From the IMG/VR virus record IMGVR_UViG_3300009671_000010, positions 32,001 through 96,000 of that record: 64,000 nt of DNA; one strand, 5' to 3'. The translations under genes were made by a program, and so were the position numbers. The notes beneath the pieces were generated by a model. The model had not been told where the DNA came from, ran no database searches, and worked only from the letters and a program-made list of their open reading frames with translations. The DNA comes from a virus (lineage: Duplodnaviria > Caudoviricetes). Below are positions 11,901-21,189 of the stretch, one piece after another. Numbering within the stretch: position 1 is the stretch's first letter; the number at the start of each line of letters is the position of its first letter.

Positions 11901-12919
11901 TGAAAGCTGGACTAGTTAAAGATCAGCATATTATTAATGATTTTTTTGGTGACATGAAAACTGGTTTAGGACGATTTTTACAAGATGTTACTGGTATTAC
12001 AAAAAATCCTACATTAGAAAAAATTATATCATTATCTAGGCAACTTGAAGTTTTACATGGAAAAACATCTGATCTTGAAGCAGTTGAACAATTTAAAGAT
12101 AGTTATATTAAAACATTTGAAAATGAGGCTAAATCTCTTGGTGATGAATATGATTTATTTCTTAATAAAAAAGGTTCTTTTTATGAGAATAAGAAAAATC
12201 AAATAGATACATATATCATGGTTAATAAAATTATTAATACGGCTAATAGAAATAGTGTTACGTTTAGAGATGCATATAAACAAGTTGTTCAATCTGAAAT
12301 GAATTCACCATCCAGAGGTTTGACTAGTATTTTTAATCAACCAGAAGATATTGGGCGTGATGATATATTTGCTGGAGTTCTAGAAAATGCAAGGCAAAAT
12401 CATTTTTATGAAACAAGTTCTATATTTGATGAGTTTTCTGAAAACTTTAAAAATAAAATAAAACTTAGTCATCCTATTATTAATAATAGTAAAAAATTTG
12501 CTAAATATGGTGCTATTGGTGCATCGGTGTTCTTAGCTGCTAATTTCTTTAGGTCAAATCAATTAAGTTCATCAGCCAATCCTTTAGATATGTTTGTTGA
12601 CTTAGATAATAATATAAATTCTGACAATAATATTTTTTCTTCTGATTTACAACTTGATAGAGGATCTTCACTTGAAATGGTAGATGCGTCATTCTCTAAA
12701 AAAGCTTTTGTTAGAATGAATAAAATACAACAAGGTAAAATGAATCAATATAAGTCAAAACAAATTAATAGTATTTTAGGCAGTATGTCTGAAAATTACT
12801 CAAATACAGGCTTTAATGTTTCAAATAGAGATATAGTAACCAATGCGAACTATACTAGTCATATTGGTAAATTCGGTAATAATAATATAGTAAGAAAGAG
12901 AAAATATGGTGGTTATTAA
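5984..12919 (+). CDS. Putative single-subunit two-barrel (DPBB) DNA-dependent RNA polymerase with an N-terminal DEDD/DnaQ-like exonuclease domain; probably virion-packaged
   Basis: DEDD motifs LDTET, KNGQQYDLPLI, HGEAVVD; beta-like WKARDISGNKSV; beta'-like STRYP...KMDHDGDV. Start may be TTG at 5996 (GGAG Shine-Dalgarno). Confidence 0.72.
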   Translation: MEFKLALFKNDDKKEKDKFWFVKVATNAAIAGGAFYGFKKVKGPAGSIIKKITDTNINTTVEKEAAKYIKTSEEFSNGYNPFDEDDLINPNIPDQMMTMTESLISSSEDSLISEINTLSNTDKEFGEKFSIFYSRFNSLEKYAISYGLDGEDAHIILALRSVVQKALANGVVDDSIISKVNSLHEKYLKQNAYGVLYQSQLHHLKNNARKVVFDNMSSKDVLKKSILGDVTTDLSSKVESHLLADLFKRNKSIEEFVPGQINSALTHELGSTISSFKKTVDYNPLLTRIDDKLSLIEAKPNSSITSHAIQIARDTNGKQWAHINITLNSGKTHTLEVPLAKNMIVPGSNSTVSSYVDMLFTFGGSPASPYQNVKSALNSSEYILHTISKRLDTNSSFMSEFISDTSNAIHRLNNEINGILDNLTIYQGKPGQLILQLYNPEYDKLLHQNGEAGQRQYDKMNRALNNMSMMNRMVQYKKEIKSGRIGRVFIVSLDTETIMASQTHIPGLEHTARNPQTHLVQIGIDIAEVNNSMTPKVVESKRFYSDHATNALKKDNLFDTKQMEFIRKVTPGVDASTSIDEVISKYTEHIKLKTDQTGTRAANDTQFADSLLDYLDQFFEHSKTGKLGINDKVVIVTKNGQQYDLPLIKLHATKMKWNKFERKYKNMIDTGSLGVIESKYNFDDSPLGLDSVMKGILNRTGFGDPNVDFNNPKVIGSVLDHFERKGYLTIDNNVKKQLQGALTQTHGEAVVDALFNIVIYQDMFLKASTKRGIWDTSTQLKLRKVNDMFHGSASIYENVLTRMENDSAYFNGKLFTGFLSSANRATKGALYEESAGALYAFGGGSNLSKQIYQNLSGHTLSRNINISPKKGRNIFRKTLTTLPAVELHLKREKANKQAGLYRGKGVTHNSITVKSAQVIYSAAETEGLAILSTDIAKQVNVLHDMNVNISSINFSGNSTDVGPRIDKFKNILLDAMLNEKSSKPGSIIDINRLAKRIASRPDINLARLPRGTTIGSGDLGQIILKHTANIEDFEITPIDVNGRIDLDIRVKISRKARVDGSEAWKARDISGNKSVLTYSDPSQKINGLYGHDFRTEAKWIKDGNVSAFKDSAVNKIIGTLQEQIYSGDRKQSIQAKWQLRKFAREIGADIVKDELILNPYKMKKTKYKHLGKKEEQLAHAIYGALDISLDTINRYMKPVGSTWSSERLKEFYANFGGGDYNKGRSIAKRLADSMYDKAVSKLKNASQEALYSVSKGDVLKVEEEYRRIADSIYQPKEGDTIFAEWANSDPNVKSSHKSLIFSSFSEISLHSGSITGEGFGYHTLKMSNNVVDHILRSDYISKTTKDMVSSNRVYYRDDIKAKAKKSLDKFKREVFAEASMATHLDLNEINKLLSRPGTEMLSSNNLAKSIDEELKKNIAGYNIEADDILIDVKDSMMTTIEKYKDHLVMIDNELDDPEKFREYKEKLVSNIISHHRMETALKKQSKFVTYEETSVWAKMAKEHNNIFRISNSVSGLPAVFDIDMNKTFNSIYGSTNYSKQQKNLFVKMLNDMLKYQQKNKVDGPIISIDGDNVKLRELFIPAHDVAANIADKVAGPIARETPETYSSKRFLQSVVSYANGLTMQGWTDVNAKSSYETMIKFWTMHILDTTIGNKSVYGQWQSSNLKVQQFKSKGAENLYIQALEIKNAGGMKAIAKDKNVSADYIRRGNEILEQILNSKFNTTFISETAFKKMKVDIGAGLSTSSESYLKSLSTKQDNLYKRIVSGEQKMIGFSTRYPNEPQGQHAMMDTMIQVIPDEYKKYFLMDDWSAYTYDIFTQMIKMDHDGDVNNIGLTNVNTIEKFRTHRKEIKNKSKLLFQKITNVIEKQKYDYHTWMRPIGLDENGVMDILTFDKVTYSPRVIKKELTQASTDELAELFAGDNMSAFIAGYGTQLPEFMTGRGLNAIRVQAASAAATKDTMGIATNSVMRANIAMKAGLVKDQHIINDFFGDMKTGLGRFLQDVTGITKNPTLEKIISLSRQLEVLHGKTSDLEAVEQFKDSYIKTFENEAKSLGDEYDLFLNKKGSFYENKKNQIDTYIMVNKIINTANRNSVTFRDAYKQVVQSEMNSPSRGLTSIFNQPEDIGRDDIFAGVLENARQNHFYETSSIFDEFSENFKNKIKLSHPIINNSKKFAKYGAIGASVFLAANFFRSNQLSSSANPLDMFVDLDNNINSDNNIFSSDLQLDRGSSLEMVDASFSKKAFVRMNKIQQGKMNQYKSKQINSILGSMSENYSNTGFNVSNRDIVTNANYTSHIGKFGNNNIVRKRKYGGY

Positions 12920-13088
12920 TCTAACTATTGATCTACAGGATGGAATACAACCTGATAATATTATTTCATCTATTCAAGCAATCTTATCTCAAATTACAAA
13001 TAATCAAACTATGGTTAATGTTAATGAAGTAAATGATCCCATATCATTAAGTCCTATATCTTTTAATAAAATTGGAGATTCTGAATGA
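12906..13088 (+). CDS. Small hypothetical protein (60 aa)
   Basis: Fills the gap between two giant genes, overlaps both and is coupled by ATGA to the next gene. Confidence 0.6.
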   Translation: MVVINLTIDLQDGIQPDNIISSIQAILSQITNNQTMVNVNEVNDPISLSPISFNKIGDSE

Positions 13089-16000
13089 CTAGTAATCTGC
13101 TGTCTATCTGTACATATCTTAAATCTGTTTTTGTTTTAGAACATGATAAATATTATTCTTTTGATTATTCATCAAATATGTCTAAAACTGTATCAATTAA
13201 AAATATAATTAATGATGAATTAAATAAAATAGATGCCAAAATTAATTTTAATAAACAGATTAGATCAGTTGATTTTCAACTTGGAGACATAGTATATAAA
13301 GATTCTATTAATGAATTATATATTATACTTGGTGTTGATGGTGATAAAGTATTTACTTTTCCAGACAGTAAAAATGCAAAATGGATTAATACATCTACTA
13401 AGTCATATACAGTTATAAGACCTGATTACAGTTCTGTTAAAATGGATAATATAAATACTAGAATTAATGATAATATTACTAAAGATATAACTAATAAACT
13501 TAAATCTAATGAAGGTACGTTTATAACTAATTATAATCAGTTACCTGATTCATCATTACAAATTGGAGACATAGTTGTTGCTGTCGATCCAATACAAATA
13601 TCTTTTAGTACTCAGAATGGATATCAATATTATCCTACAGTTAGAACTAATGGTAATCCTATTCTTCCATCCCCGCAGCAAATTAAGAATATATCAGTAG
13701 TTCTTATATTTCCAAATGAAGATTCTATTAATAATCAGCTATTGAATATATATGCAATGTACAGAAGAACCCCTTTTGTTAATATTCGTAATAAACATAT
13801 ATGTGATTTTTTTAAAGATATTAAATCTGAAAAATCAGATTATATACCTGTAGCATTAGAAAGTATAAATATTGAATCTGTATCTGGATTTCCAAATACA
13901 TTACAGGCAACTCTTACTTTACTTCCATTTGATCCTAGGGTTATATCAAACGGATTATTAGCATTAAGATCATTATCTGATGTACAAAATCAAACTATTG
14001 ATAATGATTATCTTTTAAAAGAATATAATAAAGCTATTGAAAGAATGGATAGTAGTTTATATAATTCAAATACTTTCAAAAATGAAGATATTATAACTAA
14101 ACCTGTCAGATATTCTGATGATTTTAGAGAAAGTCTTCCATTTAGAGCATTCTATCAATCAATGATATCTGAAAAAAAATATGTAGAAGATGAATATGGA
14201 AATGTTGTTCCAATTAAAGATATATCTGGTATCGAAATAGCAGATGGATATGATATAAGTGCATATAGACCAACTAATAGTTATAATATGTTACATAGAT
14301 ATACTTCAATTGATAATATTAAACCTATTTCTTTCAAATATTCATATCTTAAAGATGATTATAGATCACTTATAAAAGATATATCCAAAAATAGAGTTAT
14401 AAATCAAGAAGAACTTGTTAATAAATTAAAGGATACTCTTATTCAATTAAATTCTAAAGATACAATGATAAGTTCTATATTTACAAGTTGTTTGTCTTTT
14501 AAGGATTATGTTGCTGAAACTGAATTTACATGGAATAAAGTTGATAATGCACTTAGAAATCTTTTTATTGAAAGTGGAATAGATGTACCTAATCAGAGAG
14601 TAAATTACAATCTTTCTGAAAAAGATATTGGAAATAATGTTACTTCTTTATTTAAGTTTCTTATAGAAAATATAATGAGGAGTGGTTCGAATGCAGTTGG
14701 ATATAATGCACTAAAAAATATACGATCTATAGTTGATGGAAGAAACATAGTAGTAGATGATTATATTGGTTTACTTAATCAATTATATGTTCAAACAGAT
14801 AATGAATTTAACTCTGGAACCAAACTTGTAGGTCTACCAACTTTAATAGATAATATATGGAAATGGTTAAATATAAATGATAATAATAAAATTGCATTTG
14901 CACAATTTTTAAAGAATTGGACTGAAGCACTTGCTAATGATCTTAATACTGGAATAATGACTACTGATATATCATCTCCATCATCTGATATTCAAGGAAA
15001 AAAAATATATAGATTACCTATAGAAAATGATACTATATCTATTGATTCTAAAAATAATATTATTCAGAACTGGAACATAGTGTTTAGCAATAAATTTGTA
15101 CCTATCAATATACAATCTTTTAAATATCCATTTTATCAACACCTTGGTAGTGAAAATGCATCAATTAATCTAAACATAGTTTCTGTTAATAATTCTGATT
15201 TTATTTCAAAAATTTCACAGTTATCTGATAGATTATTAGATTCTTCAAAAGTTTTATCAATGTGTTGTCCTGAATTATTAACATGGCTTGACTCTAGAAT
15301 AACAGTCGAATCTGATACAAATAATATATTTAATGTATTTGGATTTAATAAAGTATCTTATAATTCTTCTAATATTACAAATATACAGGGTCAGCCTGGA
15401 TGTTGGAACATTGTATTGAATTTAACACAATCAAATATAAGTGTAGCTGATTATACAAACATACAACAAGAAAATGATAATTATGCTTATATAGAAGAAC
15501 TTGCTAAATTTATATGTAGGTTACAGATTGAAAATGATAATATAATTGTAGTTGATTATTATAATGAAGATAATACTCTTATAACTGATTTAGAAGATAT
15601 GATAAAATGTTCTTTTATGTTTTCTAAGTATATGGTTATGCTTAATGATGAAACTGGATATTTATCCACTGTAAAAGATAATAGTGTTACTTTGGGTAAA
15701 AAAAAGCTTTTAGCTGATCTTAAAAAGAATGGTGTATATAGTATCATTAATGGTTCTTTAAGTAGTGTACTTAATAACTTTTTTTCTAAAAATGATATAT
15801 TCTATAAAGAATTAAAGACAGTTTTATTTAATGTTGATAAATTACATAAAAAAGAATATCTATTATTTAATAATTTATTAGCAGACAAAAAAAAAATATT
15901 TGAAAGTAATAATGTTAAATTTACCGATGTTTTGTTTGCAGTAATTGGTCCAAATAGATTATTTACTATTTCCAGTATTGTTAATAAAAGTGTTGGTACT

Positions 16001-19000
16001 GTAAGTAAAAATATATTACATAATCAGTTAAACAAAATCCTTATTAGTACTACAAATAGATTTAAAGGATTAATTGATTCATATAAAAAAGAAGTAACTA
16101 TTTCACTTGCACATTCTATTATAAAAGATCCTGCTATGATTAATAACTTAGTTAAGTATAAATTCTTACCAGAATCTGTAAAAAAAACAAATACTTATTC
16201 TAACTGTTATCCAGATTTTGATATTCCTAATTTTTCAATAGATAATAAATTTACAGTATTATCACCTGATTTTTATTTATATAAACCTTCCGTATATAGT
16301 AAAGATATATATGAATATTTAAATACATCACTCGATACAATTTCAAGAGTAGATAATCTTTCTCAAATGATAAATTTTAGTGACTATGAAAGTTATATTA
16401 ATAAATATGAAGATATACGCTCTAAGATTGATTTTGATTCTACTAAGTTAGATAAGATTGATAAAATATTACAATATAAAACAAATATAACAGATTCACT
16501 TGATTATGTTAGAAAACAATATTTTAATTTAATTCTAGAAGATAAGACAGAGATATCTAAAGATGATAGTGATAAGATAGTCGCAATTTTGGATACACTT
16601 GATAATGATGTAAGATTTAAAAATAATCCTGATCAAGTAGCTGCTATAAAGTCTTATTATGGTATGGTTTTAAGAATAAGAGGAACATCGCAACATATTA
16701 ATACTGATGAATTTAAAATTGATATGATAAAAGCCGCAAGAATGGGTCTGATAGTTGAAATACTAGAAATATATGTAGCAATTAATGAATTCTTAGGTGC
16801 TATTGTTAAAAACAGATCAGATGATTATATTAATAGTGTTGTTAAAACAGCAGCAACAAATGTTTCATTAAAATCAATTTTTGATAAATTTTTTTCAAGT
16901 TCAAATAACATTGCTGATACAAATAAAATTCTTGTTACATCCTTAACTGATATTCAATTTAAAGTTAAGAAGATATTAGAAAATCCAGAAACCAATGTTT
17001 TACCTGATAAAATTAATATTAATTTTCAAAAAGGTTTACCATATAATCCAGATGATAAAAAATATACAGTTCTTCCAGAATTACAAGTATTAGAAACTAA
17101 TTTATATAATAAAATAGGTTCATTGATAAGAATGAATTTATTTATTGATGATGTTAAATCTAATGTTGCTAAGAAAGTTAATGTATCAGATTATGTACCA
17201 GAATATGCTGCACTTGATTATTGGAATGTTCAACAAAAAGAATCTAATAAAGAAAGAGTTGATTTACTACAACAACTACAGAATGCAACATCACATCATA
17301 ATAATGGATTTCTTAAAATGTATCCAACCTTTAAAATATATTTTGTTGAAGAAAATAAAGGGCTTACATTTGAATTTAGTAACTATTTTTCTTACAATGC
17401 TGTACAATCTATAGAAATAATTAAACAGAAATCATCTGCAAGTAATACAGCAGTAATAAGACTGAGTAACATTGCTGGAAATTTAAGTGATAGATTTAGT
17501 TTTATGAGAGAACAAGTTGATACATTTGCTGCAGTAAATCCTAATGTTAATAATATTAAATTTCTCGGTACTCTTAATATCAAACCAGGTACCCAGATGA
17601 TAGTTAAACAAGGTTATGCTTCAGATGAAAAAAATCTTAAAACTGTATTTATTGGGAAAATAATTGAAATGAATCCTGGTCCTGATATTGAAATTATATG
17701 TCAAAGTTATGGTGCACAGTTATCATATGAAATTCCAAGAATGAAATTTAATATGTTTTCCAGAGAAAAAGCATATGGTGAGATAGTTAGTGCTATTTTG
17801 GATAAAATTCCAGACTTGAATAAAATGGGTAAATTTGATTTATTTAATCAAGGATTACAAACTTTTTCTGGAATAAATCTTAGAAATTATAAAAGTAATT
17901 TTTATGAAAGATTTATGTTATCGAATTTATTTGGTAAAGTGAGTGCATTGGAATTTGCTAAGGATAATCCACGAGATGAGAATATATATCTTCCATATAA
18001 TTTATTAATCAATTCATTATATCATCCTACATTTGACTGGATAATATATAATCAGTCTATTTGGGAAGCTATACAAGAAATATGTTTATATAATGATAAC
18101 GCTACCCCAATGGTAAAAATATTTAATGATGATTTTATGAGTAATAAGAATCAGATAAGAGAAACACTGGTAATAGGCGATAAATCAGGATATTATAAAT
18201 ATACAGATTCATTTGCATTAAGTTCACTGGATTATAAAAAAATTGATGAAGTGATTAAAGAATCTAGTACCATTATAAGTACAATTTTATCTTTTAAAAT
18301 AGATGCATTCAATAAAGAAGAGACACAAAGACGTGGTTTTTTTATATCAAATACAGGTAATAGATATAAACTTAATAGTAATCTTATTAATGTGTATTCA
18401 TTTTTCCAAAATGAATTGAATGTAAAAGTTATGATAAAATATTTAATGAGTAAAATTGAATTTACTACTAAAGTTGACATAAGTGATATAATGGAAGTTA
18501 TTACTGGTTCATCTTCTCTTTTTACCAAAAAAGATTCTAATACAGAATTACTTAGTAGTATTTGTAAGTTTTATTCACTCGGACCAATCACTGATGATAT
18601 CAGAGAATATTATTTTGATTCAGCTAGGGCAAATGATATGAATCGAATTGAATATTTTAATGATATTATAAAGTATATACAAAAAAGTAATCTTGATTTT
18701 AATCTAAATAAAGAAATGTTATATGATGTAAATACTGTATTATCTAATAAGGATGATAACCTAGCTTCTAACTTACAGTATAAAAAGATACAACAACATC
18801 ATCTTATTACTGATACTAGGGATATTATTTCGAATAATATTATCTTAAATTCTTCTTTTGCAAATTCAGTTAACTTATATTATTTTGATGAACCAAAATT
18901 TCAACATGCTAGTATGGAATTGATAACTGAAAAAGATATTAATAATTTAAAGATTTTTCCTATTAAAGCATTCGGTGATATACAGGATAGTGGACTTAGA

Positions 19001-19897
19001 CCATTAAATTCTTTTCAAAAAAATATAGATACAAACTGGTTTGATGTAAAAAATAAATCAGATCTTTTCTATAATAAATATAAACGTATATATAATAATC
19101 ATGATGATTTAAAGAAATATTTATCTAAAAATGATACTGATTCTCCATCATGGGATTTTTTCCCATCTTTTGTAATTACTGCTGTTAATTTATTAAAGCA
19201 AGAAGTTTCTAAGATGTATCAAGGAACTATTGATATAATAGGTAATCCAGAGATAGAACCATATGACATAGTACATATTTCTGATTATACCAATGATATA
19301 CATGGAGCTGTAGAAGTTGAAGAAGTAATACATACATTTACTCCAGATAGAGGATTTATCACAACTATTACTCCTAATTTAATAACATATGATAGAGATC
19401 CAATACAATTACAAGATATTGAAGTTATTAATAATGTATTAAATGTTGCTAATGATAGAGCAAGAGCTGAAACTTTAATAAGTTTTGGAACAAATATGGT
19501 TGGTGCTTCAACAGGATTTTTGCTTAGTGGTATTGGTGGAATTGTAACAAGTACACTTGCTACTGGTAATTTCTTATATAATGGAATATATAATGTTATT
19601 ATGAAAAAACAAAAATTTCTATATGATCAAATGGCTCAAATACTTGGACGAGATTGTATTAATTTTACAACACTTATATATCATGGACTTCCATATATTA
19701 CTGGTTTTGATGGAGTTGATTATGAAAATCTAAAAACTATTATTAGGCATAATGTAGCTGGTATTAAAAATCCAGTAACAAGACTGGCTGCATTTTGGGA
19801 CCCATATGAAGCTGGTTTAATAAGAGGTGTTGATGATTTTAAAGCTATCAATGCATTAACTCCATCATTTTTACGATTTTTACCAAATAGGAAATAA
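13085..19897 (+). CDS. Giant virion structural protein with C-terminal baseplate-hub (gp27/late-control D-like) region
   Basis: Hub-type motifs IKPGTQMIVKQGY...TVFIGKIIEM...EIICQSYG and YQGTIDIIGNPEIEPYDIVHI...VEVEEVIHTFT..GFITTI; directly precedes spike/gp25/J genes. Confidence 0.65.
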   Translation: MTSNLLSICTYLKSVFVLEHDKYYSFDYSSNMSKTVSIKNIINDELNKIDAKINFNKQIRSVDFQLGDIVYKDSINELYIILGVDGDKVFTFPDSKNAKWINTSTKSYTVIRPDYSSVKMDNINTRINDNITKDITNKLKSNEGTFITNYNQLPDSSLQIGDIVVAVDPIQISFSTQNGYQYYPTVRTNGNPILPSPQQIKNISVVLIFPNEDSINNQLLNIYAMYRRTPFVNIRNKHICDFFKDIKSEKSDYIPVALESINIESVSGFPNTLQATLTLLPFDPRVISNGLLALRSLSDVQNQTIDNDYLLKEYNKAIERMDSSLYNSNTFKNEDIITKPVRYSDDFRESLPFRAFYQSMISEKKYVEDEYGNVVPIKDISGIEIADGYDISAYRPTNSYNMLHRYTSIDNIKPISFKYSYLKDDYRSLIKDISKNRVINQEELVNKLKDTLIQLNSKDTMISSIFTSCLSFKDYVAETEFTWNKVDNALRNLFIESGIDVPNQRVNYNLSEKDIGNNVTSLFKFLIENIMRSGSNAVGYNALKNIRSIVDGRNIVVDDYIGLLNQLYVQTDNEFNSGTKLVGLPTLIDNIWKWLNINDNNKIAFAQFLKNWTEALANDLNTGIMTTDISSPSSDIQGKKIYRLPIENDTISIDSKNNIIQNWNIVFSNKFVPINIQSFKYPFYQHLGSENASINLNIVSVNNSDFISKISQLSDRLLDSSKVLSMCCPELLTWLDSRITVESDTNNIFNVFGFNKVSYNSSNITNIQGQPGCWNIVLNLTQSNISVADYTNIQQENDNYAYIEELAKFICRLQIENDNIIVVDYYNEDNTLITDLEDMIKCSFMFSKYMVMLNDETGYLSTVKDNSVTLGKKKLLADLKKNGVYSIINGSLSSVLNNFFSKNDIFYKELKTVLFNVDKLHKKEYLLFNNLLADKKKIFESNNVKFTDVLFAVIGPNRLFTISSIVNKSVGTVSKNILHNQLNKILISTTNRFKGLIDSYKKEVTISLAHSIIKDPAMINNLVKYKFLPESVKKTNTYSNCYPDFDIPNFSIDNKFTVLSPDFYLYKPSVYSKDIYEYLNTSLDTISRVDNLSQMINFSDYESYINKYEDIRSKIDFDSTKLDKIDKILQYKTNITDSLDYVRKQYFNLILEDKTEISKDDSDKIVAILDTLDNDVRFKNNPDQVAAIKSYYGMVLRIRGTSQHINTDEFKIDMIKAARMGLIVEILEIYVAINEFLGAIVKNRSDDYINSVVKTAATNVSLKSIFDKFFSSSNNIADTNKILVTSLTDIQFKVKKILENPETNVLPDKININFQKGLPYNPDDKKYTVLPELQVLETNLYNKIGSLIRMNLFIDDVKSNVAKKVNVSDYVPEYAALDYWNVQQKESNKERVDLLQQLQNATSHHNNGFLKMYPTFKIYFVEENKGLTFEFSNYFSYNAVQSIEIIKQKSSASNTAVIRLSNIAGNLSDRFSFMREQVDTFAAVNPNVNNIKFLGTLNIKPGTQMIVKQGYASDEKNLKTVFIGKIIEMNPGPDIEIICQSYGAQLSYEIPRMKFNMFSREKAYGEIVSAILDKIPDLNKMGKFDLFNQGLQTFSGINLRNYKSNFYERFMLSNLFGKVSALEFAKDNPRDENIYLPYNLLINSLYHPTFDWIIYNQSIWEAIQEICLYNDNATPMVKIFNDDFMSNKNQIRETLVIGDKSGYYKYTDSFALSSLDYKKIDEVIKESSTIISTILSFKIDAFNKEETQRRGFFISNTGNRYKLNSNLINVYSFFQNELNVKVMIKYLMSKIEFTTKVDISDIMEVITGSSSLFTKKDSNTELLSSICKFYSLGPITDDIREYYFDSARANDMNRIEYFNDIIKYIQKSNLDFNLNKEMLYDVNTVLSNKDDNLASNLQYKKIQQHHLITDTRDIISNNIILNSSFANSVNLYYFDEPKFQHASMELITEKDINNLKIFPIKAFGDIQDSGLRPLNSFQKNIDTNWFDVKNKSDLFYNKYKRIYNNHDDLKKYLSKNDTDSPSWDFFPSFVITAVNLLKQEVSKMYQGTIDIIGNPEIEPYDIVHISDYTNDIHGAVEVEEVIHTFTPDRGFITTITPNLITYDRDPIQLQDIEVINNVLNVANDRARAETLISFGTNMVGASTGFLLSGIGGIVTSTLATGNFLYNGIYNVIMKKQKFLYDQMAQILGRDCINFTTLIYHGLPYITGFDGVDYENLKTIIRHNVAGIKNPVTRLAAFWDPYEAGLIRGVDDFKAINALTPSFLRFLPNRK

Positions 19898-19898
19898 T

Positions 19899-20672
19899 AT
19901 GAATAATATGATTTTAGAACAAAATTCACTACAGTTTTATTTAGGAGAATTAGCTGAGACTAATTACTATAATGAGCAACAACACTTGGTTAGAGTTAAA
20001 TTTAAAAATAGCTATTATGATATGCATTTATTTGGGTATACAGTAGAAGTTCCAGATCCTAAGTATCATCTTGTTATGTTTTTAGCTCCAGAAAGAAGTA
20101 TTTCTACTTCATCCATAGATGGCGATGCTTTAAATAATCCTCCAGGAATAGTTAATAATAAGGTTGTTGATGTACAATTTTGTGTTGCTTTTCTGATTAA
20201 TAGAACACAAAAACTGTCTACCACAAATGCTCAAACTGGTACAGCTAGTTTTGCTATTTCAAATACTAACTTTTATGATTCTAATAATGTCCGTGTGGCT
20301 ATTACTGCTCCAACTTCTAATGACTATACTAGGGTTAATGATGATTCTGGAGTAGATTCTAATAGAAATCAAAGTATAGGATTATTTTTAAATGATGACA
20401 GTGTATTAATTAAATCACGAGGTTCATCGATTACACTTGGTGATGATGGTATACATATTGGTGGTAATGTTTCTTGGGAACAAACTTCACATGGTAAAGG
20501 CGTAATGGCTAGGAACCAATTTGCAGAAATAATTCCATCAAGCATTCCTACTGCTATTATATCTACACCCAATATACCAAATGTAACTCAATTTCTTATG
20601 TTTGCTGAAGCTGGTCAAAGAGTTATGTCTGTAATAAATAAAGCTGGAAAAGTACTGGAGATATTAAAATAA
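19899..20672 (+). CDS. Putative baseplate central spike (gp5/gpV-like) protein
   Basis: Position between hub and gp25; short beta-strand repeats SVLIKSRGSSITLGDDGIHIGG. Confidence 0.4.
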   Translation: MNNMILEQNSLQFYLGELAETNYYNEQQHLVRVKFKNSYYDMHLFGYTVEVPDPKYHLVMFLAPERSISTSSIDGDALNNPPGIVNNKVVDVQFCVAFLINRTQKLSTTNAQTGTASFAISNTNFYDSNNVRVAITAPTSNDYTRVNDDSGVDSNRNQSIGLFLNDDSVLIKSRGSSITLGDDGIHIGGNVSWEQTSHGKGVMARNQFAEIIPSSIPTAIISTPNIPNVTQFLMFAEAGQRVMSVINKAGKVLEILK

Positions 20673-21181
20673 TGGAACCTTTTAGTGAAATGTTTGATAT
20701 AACTCTATCGTATGATACGGATATTTTATTTAGTTCTGGAGATTTGGATATTACAAATGGAGTTGATTATATTGAACGTGAGATATATAAAATATTAGTT
20801 ACATTTGTTGGTGAATGGAAATTAAATCCAACAATTGGTTGTGGTTTGAAAGAATTTGTTGGACAAGAAAATTCTAGGAATACAGCACAGAAAATTGAAA
20901 AAAGAATTCAAGATAGTCTTATATTAACAGTTTATCCAGCACAAGTTAATGTCAGAGTAGTACCAAGTAATTATAATACTATTTTTTGTTTTATAGATGT
21001 CATTGGACCAAATATAAACATTACCAGTATTCCATTTGAATTTACTTTTACAACTGGTACTATTAAAATACATAGAGCAGATAAAAATGTACAAAACATA
21101 TCTGATACTAATTTGGATATTAATGATATCACAAATATGAGAAAACCTAATAAATATCAAAATAGTTTTAGGAAAGTTTAG
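20672..21181 (+). CDS. Baseplate wedge gp25/GPW-like protein
   Basis: Pattern GDLDITNG...GEWKLNPTIGCGLKEFVG; size; precedes baseplate J. Confidence 0.75.
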   Translation: MEPFSEMFDITLSYDTDILFSSGDLDITNGVDYIEREIYKILVTFVGEWKLNPTIGCGLKEFVGQENSRNTAQKIEKRIQDSLILTVYPAQVNVRVVPSNYNTIFCFIDVIGPNINITSIPFEFTFTTGTIKIHRADKNVQNISDTNLDINDITNMRKPNKYQNSFRKV

Positions 21182-21189
21182 GAGTTAAT

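Noticed and set aside
5965-12919. Similar C-termini of the giant proteins (RNRRKYGV, RKRKYGGY; also KITYGA at 50750) as a shared packaging signal
   Set aside because: The YG codons contain the next gene's ATG or Shine-Dalgarno (tATGGAG / tATGGTGG), so gene overlap explains the similarity.
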